A stretch of 64,000 nucleotides of DNA from Camelus dromedarius (lineage: Eukaryota), in the NCBI RefSeq assembly GCF_036321535.1, contig NC_087436.1:100752001-100816000 (forward strand). The letters are read 5' to 3'. Both the position numbers and the translations under genes were made by a program. The notes beneath the pieces were generated by a model. That model was not told the origin of the DNA and did not search any database. It saw only the letters and a list, made by a program, of their open reading frames with translations. Positions 1 to 12,575 of the stretch are shown piece after piece (the stretch's first letter is position 1; each line of letters starts with the position of its first letter).

Positions 1-699
1 CATAGTTACTAAATTTTGTCTGGATTTTTAAAGAACCGCATTCCATCAGCCTTTCCTGGGCCCAAGGACTGTGGCCATTTGCAGATGCACGTCCCTCTCT
101 GCTCATCTCCCCAACTGGCAAGCTGCTAAATTTCTGGTTATTTGACTCCTCCAGTTTTCACTTGCATCTGTTACAAAAGAACATATTTCATTGCTAAGCA
201 TAGTCTAGCAAGTAAGTGACCCAGTTACATCAGTGAAAATATTAAAGAAAGAAAATGACTTCGGTGAATTCCTGGTACAAACATCTGTAAGGTAAACCCT
301 ATTAGGACACCGACACCTGTATGCCTTCATTTGTTGTAACATATTTATTTATCATTCATTCCAGATGTGTACAAAATTTGTATTTATAATCACTGAGAAT
401 TTGATTACCTGAAAGCCAATTTAAAGAGAATTATTTGTGGAGACAATATTAAATAAAATGTGAGGACAAAAACAAGACTAATGGCTATTTTCTGCAGGGT
501 CAATGCAATATTTTCTTTTTGTCATAAGTGAAGGTGAAAACATTAGATAGTATTATGGACAATTAAAAATGGCAAGACATAGCTTATAATGGTGAAACAC
601 TGCAAAGCCAAACAGGATTATAAAAAGAATAAAAGCCAACACAGGAGCAAAGCAACACAGGATAGTGGAAGAAAAAAATGTTAAATTGTATCATCACCT

Positions 700-885
700 A
701 CACCTGGTTTAATACTTTATCTTGTTTGAGGCAACTAAAATAAATTTCTAAATCTCATTTTTGTTATATGTAAAATATAAATAATAGCACCTGCCTTATT
801 TTATTAACATAAAAATTAAATTGTGGTATTTGCAAACTGCACTGTCAAGTGTCTAGCACTTGGCAAAATTCACTTAATGGTAAAT
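700..885 (+). mobile_element. Degenerate MIR SINE
   Basis: Similar to the MIR core and 3' end (aatctcatttttgttatatgtaaaatataaataatagcacctgcc...gtgtctagcacttggca). Confidence 0.55.
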
Positions 886-1071
886 ACCAATATTATAAAT
901 ACTTGCATCATAATAACTTCTCTCAATAGTTTAAATATGTATTTCAGAAGATGGTTCCACTTCCCTAGCAGAAAACTTACTATGGATGGAGGTGCAATGT
1001 TGAAGACTTTAGAATTCAAGAACTTCTTGTTGTTGAGATGGGAAACTGTAGGTGTTTGAGGCATTTGGGGC

Positions 1072-1427
1072 TATCAAATTAATTATACAAGGAAATCATT
1101 AGACTTAAGTGGCCATGAGGCTTTAGTGGCCTCAGAAGGCAAACCCAAACCTAAGTCTGTAAATGCCTCAAAGTTAAGAAATCAAAACCTAAGGACAACC
1201 TATCACTAACAACCCACTAGACTTTCCCAAAAGAGGCAACCATTTGAGCTCTAGCCAATCTATTAATTTCCTTTCTTTGCTTCTGCAGCCTGTCTATAGA
1301 TCTTTTTCCTGCCTCTTGTCAGCAGATCACATCCAACCACTTCAGGTTTGGAACTGCCCCATTAGAATCAAATTCTGCACAAGTAAACTCTTAGAATTTG
1401 TAATATGCCTCGATTTATTTTTTAATA
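1072..1427 (+). mobile_element. ERV1-class solo LTR (MER57/MER93-like)
   Basis: Flanked by 4-bp TSD GGGC (1068-1071, 1428-1431). Termini TA...TA are decayed TG...CA. Homologous to the copy at 43520-43869. Confidence 0.8.
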
Positions 1428-1709
1428 GGGCTGATCAAGGAGTATTATATATAAGGCCACAAGAGGCAGGGACACACAGGGACTTTATCAGGTCCCTCAC
1501 AGTATGACATTGTCCAGAAGCTAAGACAAGGGCCACCATCCAGAAGGAAAGAAGGGACAAGGGAGCCTTCAGGGGAGAGAGGAATCTGAGAAGGTTTACC
1601 TCTACGGGGGTGTCGCTCAGCAGCACAGGAGTCTTTGAGTCACTGGACTCCTAGGACCATGGCCAAAGGGCTGCAGTGGCTTGGAGTCTTGTAGCTACAA
1701 GACTGTCTC

Positions 1710-2222
1710 TAGGCACATTTCATTTTATTGCACTTGGTCACTTGGCTATATTGTGCTTTGAAGATATTGAGGGGTTTTTTGCTTGTTTGCTTTTGTTTTC
1801 ACAAATTGAAGGTTTGTGGCAACCCTGCCTCAAATAAGTCTATGGGCGCCATGTTTCCAACAGTTTGTCTCACGTCATGTCTCTGTGTCACATTTTGGTA
1901 ATTCTCACAATATTTCAAACCGTTTCATTATTATTATATTTTTTACAATGATCCATGATTAGTGATCTCTGATGTGACTACTACAACTTGCTGAAGGCTC
2001 AGATGATGAGTAGCATTCTTTAAGTAACAAAGTATTTTTCATTAAGACATGTACACTTTTTAGACATGTTGCTAGTGTACACTTAATAGATTACAGCATA
2101 GTATAAACATAACTTTTATAGGCACTGGGAATCCCAAAAATTTGTGTGACTCAGTTTGTTGCAATATTCACTTTATTGCAGTGATATAGAACTGAACTCA
2201 TGATCTCTCCAAAGTTTGCCTG
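1710..2222 (+). mobile_element. Internally deleted Tigger1 DNA transposon (Tigger1a-type)
   Basis: Decayed terminal inverted repeats (taggcacat...gtttgcctg, followed by TA). Contains Tigger1 left-end (acaaattgaaggtttgtggcaaccctgc) and right-end (gctgaaggctcagatgat) sequence. Confidence 0.85.
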
Positions 2223-2752
2223 TATTATTGGTGGATAAGAGCCATTGGGTGAGGTTTTGCGGGATAGTTTTAGCAATGGCTAAGACTCTTCTCATTTTAG
2301 GCTATTTTACAAACAACTGGATGTATAAAGGTTGAGTCTGTTGGTCAGGCTTTTGCACTAATCAACCTCAACCTGCAGTAAGGAAATAACCTAGGGGCCA
2401 ATTCTGTTTGTATAACAGAACTGTAAGTTCGTGTTACAAAAGTGAATTGGCAGATGTGTCAGTTATCTGCTGCATCTATGATCTGCATAGTCCAACTTGC
2501 ATAAGAGCATGTCTTAAATCTGAGTTCACGCTTACTTGTCGTGAATGATACAGCATTTTTCGCAATTGAAATAGAAGGCAAAGTTACCTCCAATTTTACT
2601 TCCAAGACTCTGAAAGATAAAGTAGCCATGGTGAGTCAGATATTTTAGTAGATTCTTTTTTTTAGCAAAAGTTTATGAAATTATGGAATTTTAATGGCAA
2701 AATGTTTATGCTTCCTAAAGTAATATTATTACAGAGGAAGTAATATGAACAA

Positions 2753-3474
2753 TGCAATAGAGAAAAAGATGGCTTCCTAAAGTTGTCCACATCCTAACCC
2801 CCATAACCTGTGAATATATTACCTTACGTGGAAAAAGAGAATTTGAAAATGTGATAAAGTTAAGGATCCTGAGGTGGGAAAATTACTCTAGATTATCCAG
2901 ATATTAAGTGTCCTTATAAAAGACGGAGAGAAGCAGGAGAAGGAGAGTCAAAGGAGTAGATGCAGCAATGGAGAGGAAGAGAGAGAGAAAGAGATGGAGC
3001 ATTGAGGTACTGGTATTGAGGAAGGACCACACACCAAAACCTGTACCATGTGAAGAAATAGATTCTCCCACTAAGTATCCAGAAGGAACATAAGTCTGTC
3101 AACATCTTTTTTTCCCAATTTTTATTGACGTATAATCAGTCTACAGTGTTGTGTCAACTTTTGGTGTACAGCATAATGTTTCAGTCATACATACACATAC
3201 ACATAATCCTTTTCATATTCTTCTTCATTATAGGTTACTATAAGGTATTGGATATAGTTCCCTGTGCTGTATGATATAAACTTGTTGTTTATCTATTTTA
3301 TACATAGTAGTTAGTGTTTGCAAATTTTGAACTCCCAATTTATCCCCTCCTGATTTTAGTCCATAAACCCGTTTTGGATTTTTGACCTCCAGAAATGTAA
3401 GATAATAAGTTTGCATTGTTTTAAGCCACTAAGTTTGTAATAATTTGTAACAACAGGTATAAGAAACTAATATA
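2753..3474 (+). mobile_element. MaLR LTR (MLT1D-like), interrupted by an L1 3' end
   Basis: MLT1 hallmarks gtccacatcctaacccccataacctgtgaatatattacctta and ttttaagccactaagtttg...gaaactaata. Split at aacatct|tgattttag. Confidence 0.85.
3107..3350 (-). mobile_element. 5'-truncated L1 3' end (camelid-type)
   Basis: T-rich tail followed by the reverse complement of the same 3'UTR seen at 33350-33585. Confidence 0.9.
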
Positions 3475-3682
3475 ATGTGGGTTTTTAAATAAATAATAGA
3501 ATATACCTTAAAATTATATATAGTAATTTAAAAAGTCATTTAAATTAGCATAACAACTTGATTTTAAATAGAATGCCATTTGTTTATTTTATCAATCATA
3601 AAAATGTGTTGGGAAAAGATCTACCACAATGTTGGACTTAAAGAGCTTTTCAATCTTCTATGTGATGAGATTAGGAAGTCTT

Positions 3683-4088
3683 TGTTATGGATGGAATTGT
3701 GCCCTCCCTACCCCCAATCCCATTTGTATGTTGAAGCCCTAACCCCCAGTGTGACTGTACTTGGAGGCAGAGTCTTTAAGCAGGTAATTTAGGTTCAATG
3801 AGGATAGAGAGCGGGGTCTTAATACAACAGGACTGGTCTCCTTATCAGAAGAAGAGACACCAGAGACGTCTAATTCTCATTTTCTCTGCATACATCCCAG
3901 AGAAACGGCCATGTAAAGACAGTGAGAAGGCGCCACCTGCAAGCCAAGGAAAGAGGTCTCACCAGAAACCACTCTGCTGGCACTTTGATCTTGGTGTTCC
4001 AGAATAGTGAGAAAATGAATTTCCATGAGAAAATAAATAAGCCGCCCAGTCTACAGTATTTTGTCATGGGAGCTCGACTTCACTGACA
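3683..4088 (+). mobile_element. MaLR solo LTR (MLT1A/B-like)
   Basis: TG...CA ends, near-perfect 5-bp TSD gtctt/gtctc, motif tatgttgaagccctaacccccagtgtgactgta. Confidence 0.88.
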
Positions 4089-4499
4089 GTCTCCAAGGAG
4101 ACTGTTGGGTAAATAATCTTCCAATGTTTGGTTAAATCATAATCTTCTAATTTGAAGTAAATTTGTAATATTGTTTCCTTGAGCAGGAAATTCTTGGTGG
4201 CCATGCTAGGTTTCTTAATGGACACACTCTATAAAATATTATAAGTGTAAAAAATTATGAAGACATTCTCCTAAAATAATTACTTCCCAAATTCATCATA
4301 CTTTAAAATCAGTAGAGATTTAAATTGCACTATAACCTTCATTACGATTACCTAGAATTTATGATTTAATGGCAACATGTTTCTAATAACGACTTTCTCA
4401 GAAATATCATGTAATTGTCTAGCCAAGTATCTCAGCTATTTTTTATATTCTTTGTCACTACATGAAAGTATCATTTTTTAACCTTCTTGTTGTCTATGG

Positions 4500-4630
4500 G
4501 CCTTACTAGAATGAAGGAATAAGTGGAAAGATATTTTCTGTCTCCTTCTCTACTATGTCCCAGCAATTAGAACTCAATGTAACACACAGTAGGTACTCAA
4601 TAAATATGTATTAAAGAATTGAATTAATTA
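4500..4630 (+). mobile_element. L2 3' end
   Basis: acacacagtaggtactcaataaatatgtattaaagaattgaatt matches the L2 terminus. Confidence 0.7.
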
Positions 4631-6026
4631 ATATAAAAAATAATCAATATCTGAGTCCATGAAATTATTTTAAAAATCTCCTTGTCTCTTTCATATCTAA
4701 TATTTACAATGACGTGTTTCTTTACTTTCTCCCTAACATACGGGGTCTTCATTGCTATCAGAAATGTGGTTCAAATGAGACAGGATGACTTCCAGATACT
4801 GGAAACCAATTAATACACAGACCTACCTAGATTGCAACGGGTCATCAATGGCCCAAATCTCAGAGAGCAGAAAGTATAGAATCAAGTCAAGCTGGCAGAT
4901 GGTGGTCGTCACAGAGGAGTATGATCAGTGTGGAGATGAAACAACAGGAGGTCAAAACATAGCAGAAACAACAGTAGCTCAAAGTGGCTGAACACTAGCT
5001 GTTCCCTAGATATTTACAAGATCTTTTACACATGTAAGGAACACTATTTGGAAATTTTAAACCATGAGCTTTCTTTTCCTATAGCTACAGTCCTGTGACT
5101 CCCATCTACTAGAGTATTGTCAGATACTACTTTATATAGAATAGATACAGCCTGGGGAAAAAAATAAGTTAAATGAAATTCTGAGCAATTTTTTTAACAC
5201 TCAGGAAGAAAAATTGCCTAAAACCAAAGCACTTTTTGATTTGCAAGAATTTAGTATTTGAAGAGATATAGATGAGTTTGTGTCTAAGAGATGAAGGGTG
5301 AAATTAGAGAGAGTGCATTGAGTTTTACTGGAAGCCCTGAAATGGAGAACGCAGGATATGGTAACACTCTTCCACCTCAGAAGAAAGAGAACACATATAT
5401 TTCTAAAATTAAAGGGAGAATTAGAGAAGGGTTGAAGGGTAAAGAAGAACACAGGAAGGAAGAACCATGGCGAGATTTGCTTGGCGCTTCCTTGCTGATT
5501 TCTCGTAGGGTCACCACTGCAGGGATGGATGAGTGGAGATTCCCAGGGAACCAGATGAACTCCAGAGCAGGAGAGCTTCCTTTGTCAACTCTGTAGCTGA
5601 ATTGCCTCACCAGCAGATCTGTCCATGGCACTCTAGATACGTCAACCTACCCAGCAATATACACCACCTAACTGAATTTTCATTCTAAAACTTCAAAGAG
5701 TGTACCAAATCTAGGTCTTCAGATGTAGATGGAAATTCTAACAAGAAAAACAATGATGTAAACCATTCTCTAGGCAAATACTCTCTCCTCATAGACCAAA
5801 GAACTTATCAACACTTGTGTGTGTGTGTCCAAATCCCCATGACACATCAATGAATTGACTGAGAATAAAGCTATGCAACATGGCATAACCTCTGAAATGT
5901 GTTAGAAGAAACTTTCTCAGTTTTAGTTGATTCTGCCGCTCAGTGGGCAAGGCACTGTATAGGTCTGCAGGAGTCCTTCCTCCTCTTAATAATGACACAG
6001 CGCATGTGGGTCATGAGTAGAAATGG

Positions 6027-6740
6027 TGTAGTGAGATTTTAAGCCTGGTAAAGGGTAGAAATTAGACTATAGGCAGTATCTGGTACAGAGGAGATCCAAA
6101 TTCCCCATGTGACCAGTGATGGTTGCTAAAGGACTGGATGGAATAGGTCATGGAGAGAATAATTCAGGGTAGATATAATCCAAAATAGGTAAATCTCATA
6201 ACCAGAGGCCAGTTAAGGAACAGAGACATGTGTAGCCAACACAATGAGAGGAACTGCATTAGAAGCAGGTGCATGAGGGATTGAGGCCAACACAGAATGG
6301 CAAAGCTTCAGTCATCCCAGCAGATGCTGGGAAGGATGAGGTGGCCGAATGCAGAACAGCCTTCTCCCTCTCAAACCCTTGAAGTTAGCCTGATCTTTCC
6401 CCTACATCTAAAGCCTTCCTGAGAGATAAGCAGTAGAAGAAAGAGAAGGACAGGGGAAATGGAGAGAGTTTAAATGGGAGGGCAATGCTGATATCAATCT
6501 GAAATTTGAATTGATTTAGTTTAAAATATTTGGTCGAGACTAAACATCTAAAATAAACTAAATTTTGAACTTGAATAGCTAAGACTTTTAATAGACTGAA
6601 TACTAGAGGACTCCAAAATGGTCAGCAGTACAGTGATTAAATGAGATAGTAGGGACTGGCAAATTGGAGAAAGGACACATCCTGATGTGCTTTTGATATC
6701 CTCATCCTTTTCAGGTACTTATTTTATCTAATAAATATTT
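6027..6740. mobile_element. Possible ancient LTR remnant (Gypsy/ERVL-like)
   Basis: Starts tgtagtg and has a purine-rich LTR-like composition. Family not securely recognised. Confidence 0.25.
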
Positions 6741-8719
6741 AATGTAATGAAATTTGGGGATCATATCTCAGTTTTTATACAACTCAGTTTGTTTTAATCA
6801 GACAAGTTATTTTAAATTACTTAAAGCTCTCTATAAATTTTTATTTATTTTCCTGTAAAAAGAGGGATATGACTTTGGTGATAATATCCAAATAATATCA
6901 AGGATGAATAAATGAGACTTTGTCAACGAAGCACTTGGAACCCAAAAGGTGCTCTTTTTTAAAAGCTCTTCTCTTTTACTCAATTTCCAGTATTTGCTCT
7001 GTTCTAAATGATACCTCACTAACACCGCCCTCAGGCAGGACATCAAACATGCTAGGCTGGGTGTTCATACACTTGCCAAACCACATGCAGTATTTCTAAG
7101 AGAGCAGATACCATGGACATTTCTAGGAGATAAACTCTCCTTTCTAGAGAAGCATCATCAAGCTAAAGGCTATAAGAATCACCTTATAATGGGTTTTAAT
7201 ATAAAAAAAATGGCATCCCAGCCCATTAACTCACAAGGACAAGCTGATTGAGTTAGGAAGCGGCTCATTCGATTTATAAACATTATGATAATATGAAAAC
7301 AGATGTTTTATGCATTTTGTTCTATTTCAGTTATTTGTAAGATTAGATTTTATTTCAAGTTAAACTTGGCAAATGCCAGCATTTGTGATAGTATCAAGAT
7401 CTGGTCTATTAAAATATATCTGTTCTATGGGCACCACACACTGGGCCCTTCTGTCTTCATTCTGGGTGAGATTAATGCTCCGGCAGTGGGATACAAAGGT
7501 TACACACCTTCTTGTTTTACCTCCAGAAACAGTGATAAAACGTGTCTAGAAACCCTGCTGGCAAAGAAACCTGGTTTTAATCACTGTCCGCATTCTTTCG
7601 CTTGATATTCCTCCCTCCAGCTGAATATCAAAGTGCCTCTTTAGTCAAAACAAAATAACTCCAGCAGGTGTTCATTTCTTCTCTAACACATTTTATCTCT
7701 CCTTAGGGACTGTGGTCACCAATGCTTCTGCATGACAGGCAATGGTTTAAAAAAAAAAAAGCCCCCTATGGTGACAGCAAAATTATTTAAATGAACTCTC
7801 ACGGGGGAACAAATTTCACTTCTAGGTTATAATATGCTTAGTATGTTACATATTTCTTTGTCTAAAAAGTTGGCAAGTGCGTGTGTCTAGTAGCATGAGA
7901 GTCTTAGTAGAAATGGTTAACAAAAGGAGCAGCAGGACAGGTTTAATTTTTTTTTGCATTTTGCTAATAATAGGTTTACTGATGTATTTGCATTATTAAA
8001 TATGCCTATAATATACTATAATAGATGTACTATAATACAGTTGCTAAGAATTTACATTATCTATTTGGCAAAAGCAGTGAAAGAAATTAACAGGAACCTA
8101 ACTTCTTGGAGTTATTAGGAAATAAAGGAAATGACAGTCCTTGGTACTCAAGTGGTGTGTTGCACCTTAACACATCACAATTCATCAAATTTTTCTTGTC
8201 CAAATCCTCCTAACATTATTAATATTGTTTGTTCTTTTTATTCACCTTTTGACTCTTTGGAAAATGTATTTAAACTTCTTTTTCATGAGAAATATGAGTC
8301 TATCAAAGAGCATAATGCATCTGTAAAAAATATATATATATAGTGGTAGTTATCTCTGGTATTATCTTTCCTTTCAATGGAAAAATCAAAATGATTCATT
8401 CACTGATTCATTCACTTTACATTTATTCACTTCACATATTAAGTGTTTAACCATCAAAAAGACAACAGTATCCTTTTCCTTCAATTATTCATTTGGCAAG
8501 AAGTAAATAATTAGAAAGTATGAGCCAAGAGTATTATGAAAACACGGTTTATACATGTGGTGTACGTTGTAATTTTGCTGCCAACGTTCTCTTCAATTTC
8601 CTTCTTTTTAAAACTCCTTGGAAAATCTCCCCCATACCACTACACAGTGAAGGTGGACTTTCCAGTCATGGTGTGCCATTCTTCCTGGACAAAAATTGTG
8701 TGCATTTCTCATTCTAGAC

Positions 8720-9215
8720 CAGTCTTAGTATTCCTGGAATATTGATTGGTATTGTTTCAGAAGGGGTACCTAAGTCAAGTAGGATCCAGCAAAGTCTTCT
8801 GCAGGGTTAAAGAAGACATCAGAAGAAAGATTTTGTGTTCATGTGTGTGTGTATGTGTGAGTGTATGTGTTCTCCTAAAATTCCTGTGATTACAAAGATG
8901 GAACAAAATAAACATAAACTTATTAGCCATCATCTTGTACATCATGTGGAAAGAAATTTTCACTATAATAGAGGCAATATCCATCAGAGAACAGAGCCTA
9001 ATAAGAAAGAGAATAAAGGGAATAAAAACAACAATGAATGAGAAAGAGAGAGACAGAGAGAAAGAGAAATAACCGTTGGCATCATTTGAGCTCCTAGATC
9101 CAAATATAACTAAAGCCAGACTTCTCCATCTCCTTTCCGATTACTGAAATCACTAAGTTCCCTATAAAACATAAAAAATAGTTGCACTGTTGAATGTGTA
9201 CGTAACAGAGTGTTA
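8720..9215 (+). mobile_element. Old MaLR LTR (MLT1K/L-like)
   Basis: agccatcatcttgtacatcatgtgg...catcatttgagctcctagatcca...taaagccaga resembles old MLT1 LTRs. Confidence 0.65.
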
Positions 9216-9344
9216 AAGGTAATCTTTTTCTGCTGTCTCAGATTTTGGCAGAGGGCTCAAAGGTGAAGAAAGATGCTCTCAGTCCTGCATCCGCAGCTAG
9301 GGTCTTGTCTATCTTACAGACTCATTCACCCTGTACTTACCCAA

Positions 9345-9600
9345 AGGATAAGGCTATTTGAGAAGAGGAAACTATTCTTGTTGATGGAATAAAACAGTAA
9401 ACAAGCAGAAAGTTGCTGCTATTCTGGGGTTTCCATTCCACTGTAAGAGACAGAAACAAGTAAAATGACATAATAAAGAAGGCTACTTTGGTTAGCGCTA
9501 TGATGAAAATAAGCAGAAAAAAGGGAATGAACAGCACGTAAGGGTCAGGTTAGACATTCTAGTGTGGGAGGGCCTCTCTACAGAACCGAGGAAAGGAAAG
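9345..9600 (-). mobile_element. L2 fragment
   Basis: The reverse complement resembles the L2 3' region. Confidence 0.6.
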
Positions 9601-9859
9601 TAGTCCCTACAGCTAATCCAACCCCAGGGTTCCTAGGAGGACACAAACAACACTGCCAACAAACTCAGACAAAGCCAATGAGACGTAACGTCTCCAAAAA
9701 AGACATGGACAGAGCCCAGCTTCACTTACAAGGATGAGCAGTCTTCCCTTCTGAGTAGCTGCCGCTTTATGACAAGGGTCAAACCCTTCCTTGCCTCCTG
9801 CTTCCCTCCTGCCGTTCACAATTATGTGGACCTCTCCAGAAGAGCCAGAAGGCCAGAGC

Positions 9860-10130
9860 TCCTGGACACAATATTCCCCAGGGTACCTAAGTGAGGTGTG
9901 GCCATGTCCCTGAATTCTGGCTAATGGAATGTGGATGTGGATGGAGGTGATTTTTACCACTTTCGGTCTTAACTCATAAATTCTCCCACGTGACCTTCCA
10001 ATCTCTTGCTCCTCCCCTCCTGTTTGTAAAGTGCCGATGACAAGACAGCCTCAGAAGCTACATGTTAAGGATGGCAGAGCCTCTGTCACCATGTCTATGA
10101 ATGACTGTATGTCAGAGAACCCCAAATCAA
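9860..10130 (+). mobile_element. Old MaLR LTR (MLT1J-like)
   Basis: ggtgtggccatgtccctgaattctggctaatggaatgtgg...gaagctacatgttaaggatggcagagcc. Confidence 0.75.
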
Positions 10131-11009
10131 CTAGCTACCTTTTATCCACACTCAGTGGTTTTACAAGCAGTTCTGGCCTCCCTTTACCAGAATGGATATA
10201 AGAAATACCAACACGAGTTCCCACTAACTTTCCTACCACAGGACCACAGAGCCATTTACTACGTGCTAACTGCCTGCAAGGCACCCTGTGCAGTGTTTTA
10301 TGTTTTCTTTCTTTTATCTTGTCTAATGCACTATTTTCAGAGAAAATGATCAAGAAAAATGATAATAAGAAGGGGGCCATCTTATATCTGTATTACTACC
10401 AGAGTCTTTGACCTCTAATAGATGTACATGTTGTGGTCTGGGATTTTAATAAATGGGATTTTGCTATGGGATCAAGGAAAGCTCAAATTCATGATTTTCC
10501 TTTTTTAATGCCGTTTGCTAGAGGAAGAACAGCACACAGAAGAGTCATGAGAAATGGAAAATACAACTACAATGCTGTTATTAACTAAGTACTGCCTCCT
10601 TCCACACACAGGTCTCTTCGGTAAACCTTTGAATTGGCGCCCAGTCTCTTCCTTACTTTGTCAGCCACATGGCAGGAGAAAGCAGAACAATAATGCTATA
10701 CACATGGGTCTGAAAGTTTCTTGCAATATCGCTCCACCTACTACTGAATGTGGCTAATTTACTGCCCTGAAGTCCTACCCAGGTCCCTCTTGGGTGGTAG
10801 CAAGCCATACAGAGGGGTGGGCAGAAGAAATTTCTCTCTCTTCTAAAATAGAATCATAAGCTTTTTAAGAGTTTCATTTCCACTGCCCACTCTTGAAAAT
10901 TAACCTTGCTTTTAAAACTCCTTTCCTTTAGCCACTCGCTAATTACCACCAACTCATTCATGATCACTATGACCTGTAGCCCCTTGACCTAGTCCCCATT
11001 CTCCTAGGC

Positions 11010-11222
11010 CAATATTTCTCAATGTGTGATTAAAACAATATTTCTCAATACATGACTCAGAGCATCTGCATCTGAATCACCTGGAGGTGGGGAACTCATT
11101 ACAATGCAGAAACGGGCTGCATCTCAGACCTGCTGAACTAGCAAATCCACGGAGGGGGCCAGGGAAATTTTACCAAGCACCACAGGATAGGTTCACACCT
11201 GGAATGAACCATGAGAATGTGA
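11010..11222. mobile_element. hAT-Charlie MITE (MER5-like)
   Basis: gcatctgaatcacctggag...aatgcaga...ctcagacctgctgaa. The left end caatatttctcaat is locally duplicated. Confidence 0.6.
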
Positions 11223-11304
11223 GACTCAAAATCTCAGGCCATTTCAGGCCCTGCCCAGTACTGGGCCTCACCCTGCCTCGAGATGATACAATGAAAAGCC
11301 TTTT

Positions 11305-11618
11305 TTATTTTTTTTTTTTCAGTATAGTCTGTTTACAATGCTGTGTCAATTTCTGGTGTGCAGCAGAATGTTTCAGTCATATGTATACATACATATATTC
11401 CTTTTCATATTATTTTTCATCATAGGTTACTACAAGATATTGAATATAGTTCCCTGTGCCATATAATAGAAACTTGTTATTTATCTCTTTTATATATAGT
11501 AGTTAGTATCTGCAAATCTCAAACTCCCAATTTATCCCTTCCCACCCCATTTTCCCCCTGGTAACCAATATCTTTAGACTACTGACAATGAAAACACAAC
11601 CACACAAAATCTACGGAG
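11305..11618 (-). mobile_element. L1 3' end with a short inverted ORF2-derived 5' segment
   Basis: TSD aagcctttt (11296-11304, 11619-11627). Poly-T and minus-strand 3'UTR run to about 11567, then about 50 bp of plus-strand ORF2-like sequence. Confidence 0.88.
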
Positions 11619-11989
11619 AAGCCTTTTGAAGAATGCGTTCACTACACTTTAGAATCACCATTCGGGGTAATTGCCAGCTCTAGGAAGTCCTCATTTTCTT
11701 TATACGTGTCTCTCTCCTAAGTTACCTGGTGTTGCTAGAAATTTTCAGAAATATTGCTGATTGAATTGATTACAAATAATTGTTTTCTAACATTGACTAG
11801 TCTGTTCATGTGGCCTGTCAATTTCCTACTACCTGTTTCCCAGAATCCCCCCACCAAAAAGTCACCCTGAAGTTCCTTCATCCTCACCTTGAACTTCCAT
11901 GCACATCCTCGGGTTCTTACTCCGATCACGTGAAATCAGTCACTAACAGAAGTGTGTGAGAGGGTTGGCCTTCCTCTGCTGCTCAGAGC

Positions 11990-12575
11990 AGCTTCGCTGT
12001 AAGCCCTCCTTCTGTTGACTCACAAATCTGAGAAATGCATGTCCTTCTTTCTCACCAAAGCCAGCACTTCTCCCTGTTCCCTTAGTTATCCTTCCCTTTT
12101 GATAGATGCCTCATTTCCTTTTACGGGTCCCTTCCCCATCTTTCGTGGCATGTTGAGTGTCCACACCCAGCAGAAACTTTTGCTGTCCTTCCTCATAAGT
12201 GTGTCTCCCTCCAGCTTGCACACTATATTCCTCTCATCACCAAATATTGTGGGGGAAGAGTTTGCCCTCATTGCCTCACTCCTTTTTCCCGCACTTATTT
12301 TTAAAACTTTGCAATGTTCACTCCACACCTTATCAGAGAGATAACTGTTCCCCTAAAGGAACGAGTGGTCTCCTGATTGTGATAGTCAATCACGGCTCTG
12401 ATTCTTCAGACTCTTTGTATTACTTGATGCTGCAACCCCTTCCTTCTTTAAATTCTTTACTCCTTTGAACTCGTAACAGGTGCCGCCTTCCTGGTCCTCC
12501 TCTGTCATCTCCCTGTTACTACATTCCTCCTCATCTTAAATGTAAATGATTGTCCCAGTTCTGGCCTCAGCTCCC
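11990..12575 (+). mobile_element. Degenerate L2 ORF2 region
   Basis: Pyrimidine-rich L2-like sequence (ctcctgattgtgatagtcaat, ttcctggtcctcctct, tcttaaatgtaaatgattgtcccagttctggcctcagctc). Confidence 0.6.

Noticed and set aside
5291..5596. 101-aa ORF with ATG start
   Set aside because: Purine-rich sequence, possibly a decayed L2. No recognisable protein.
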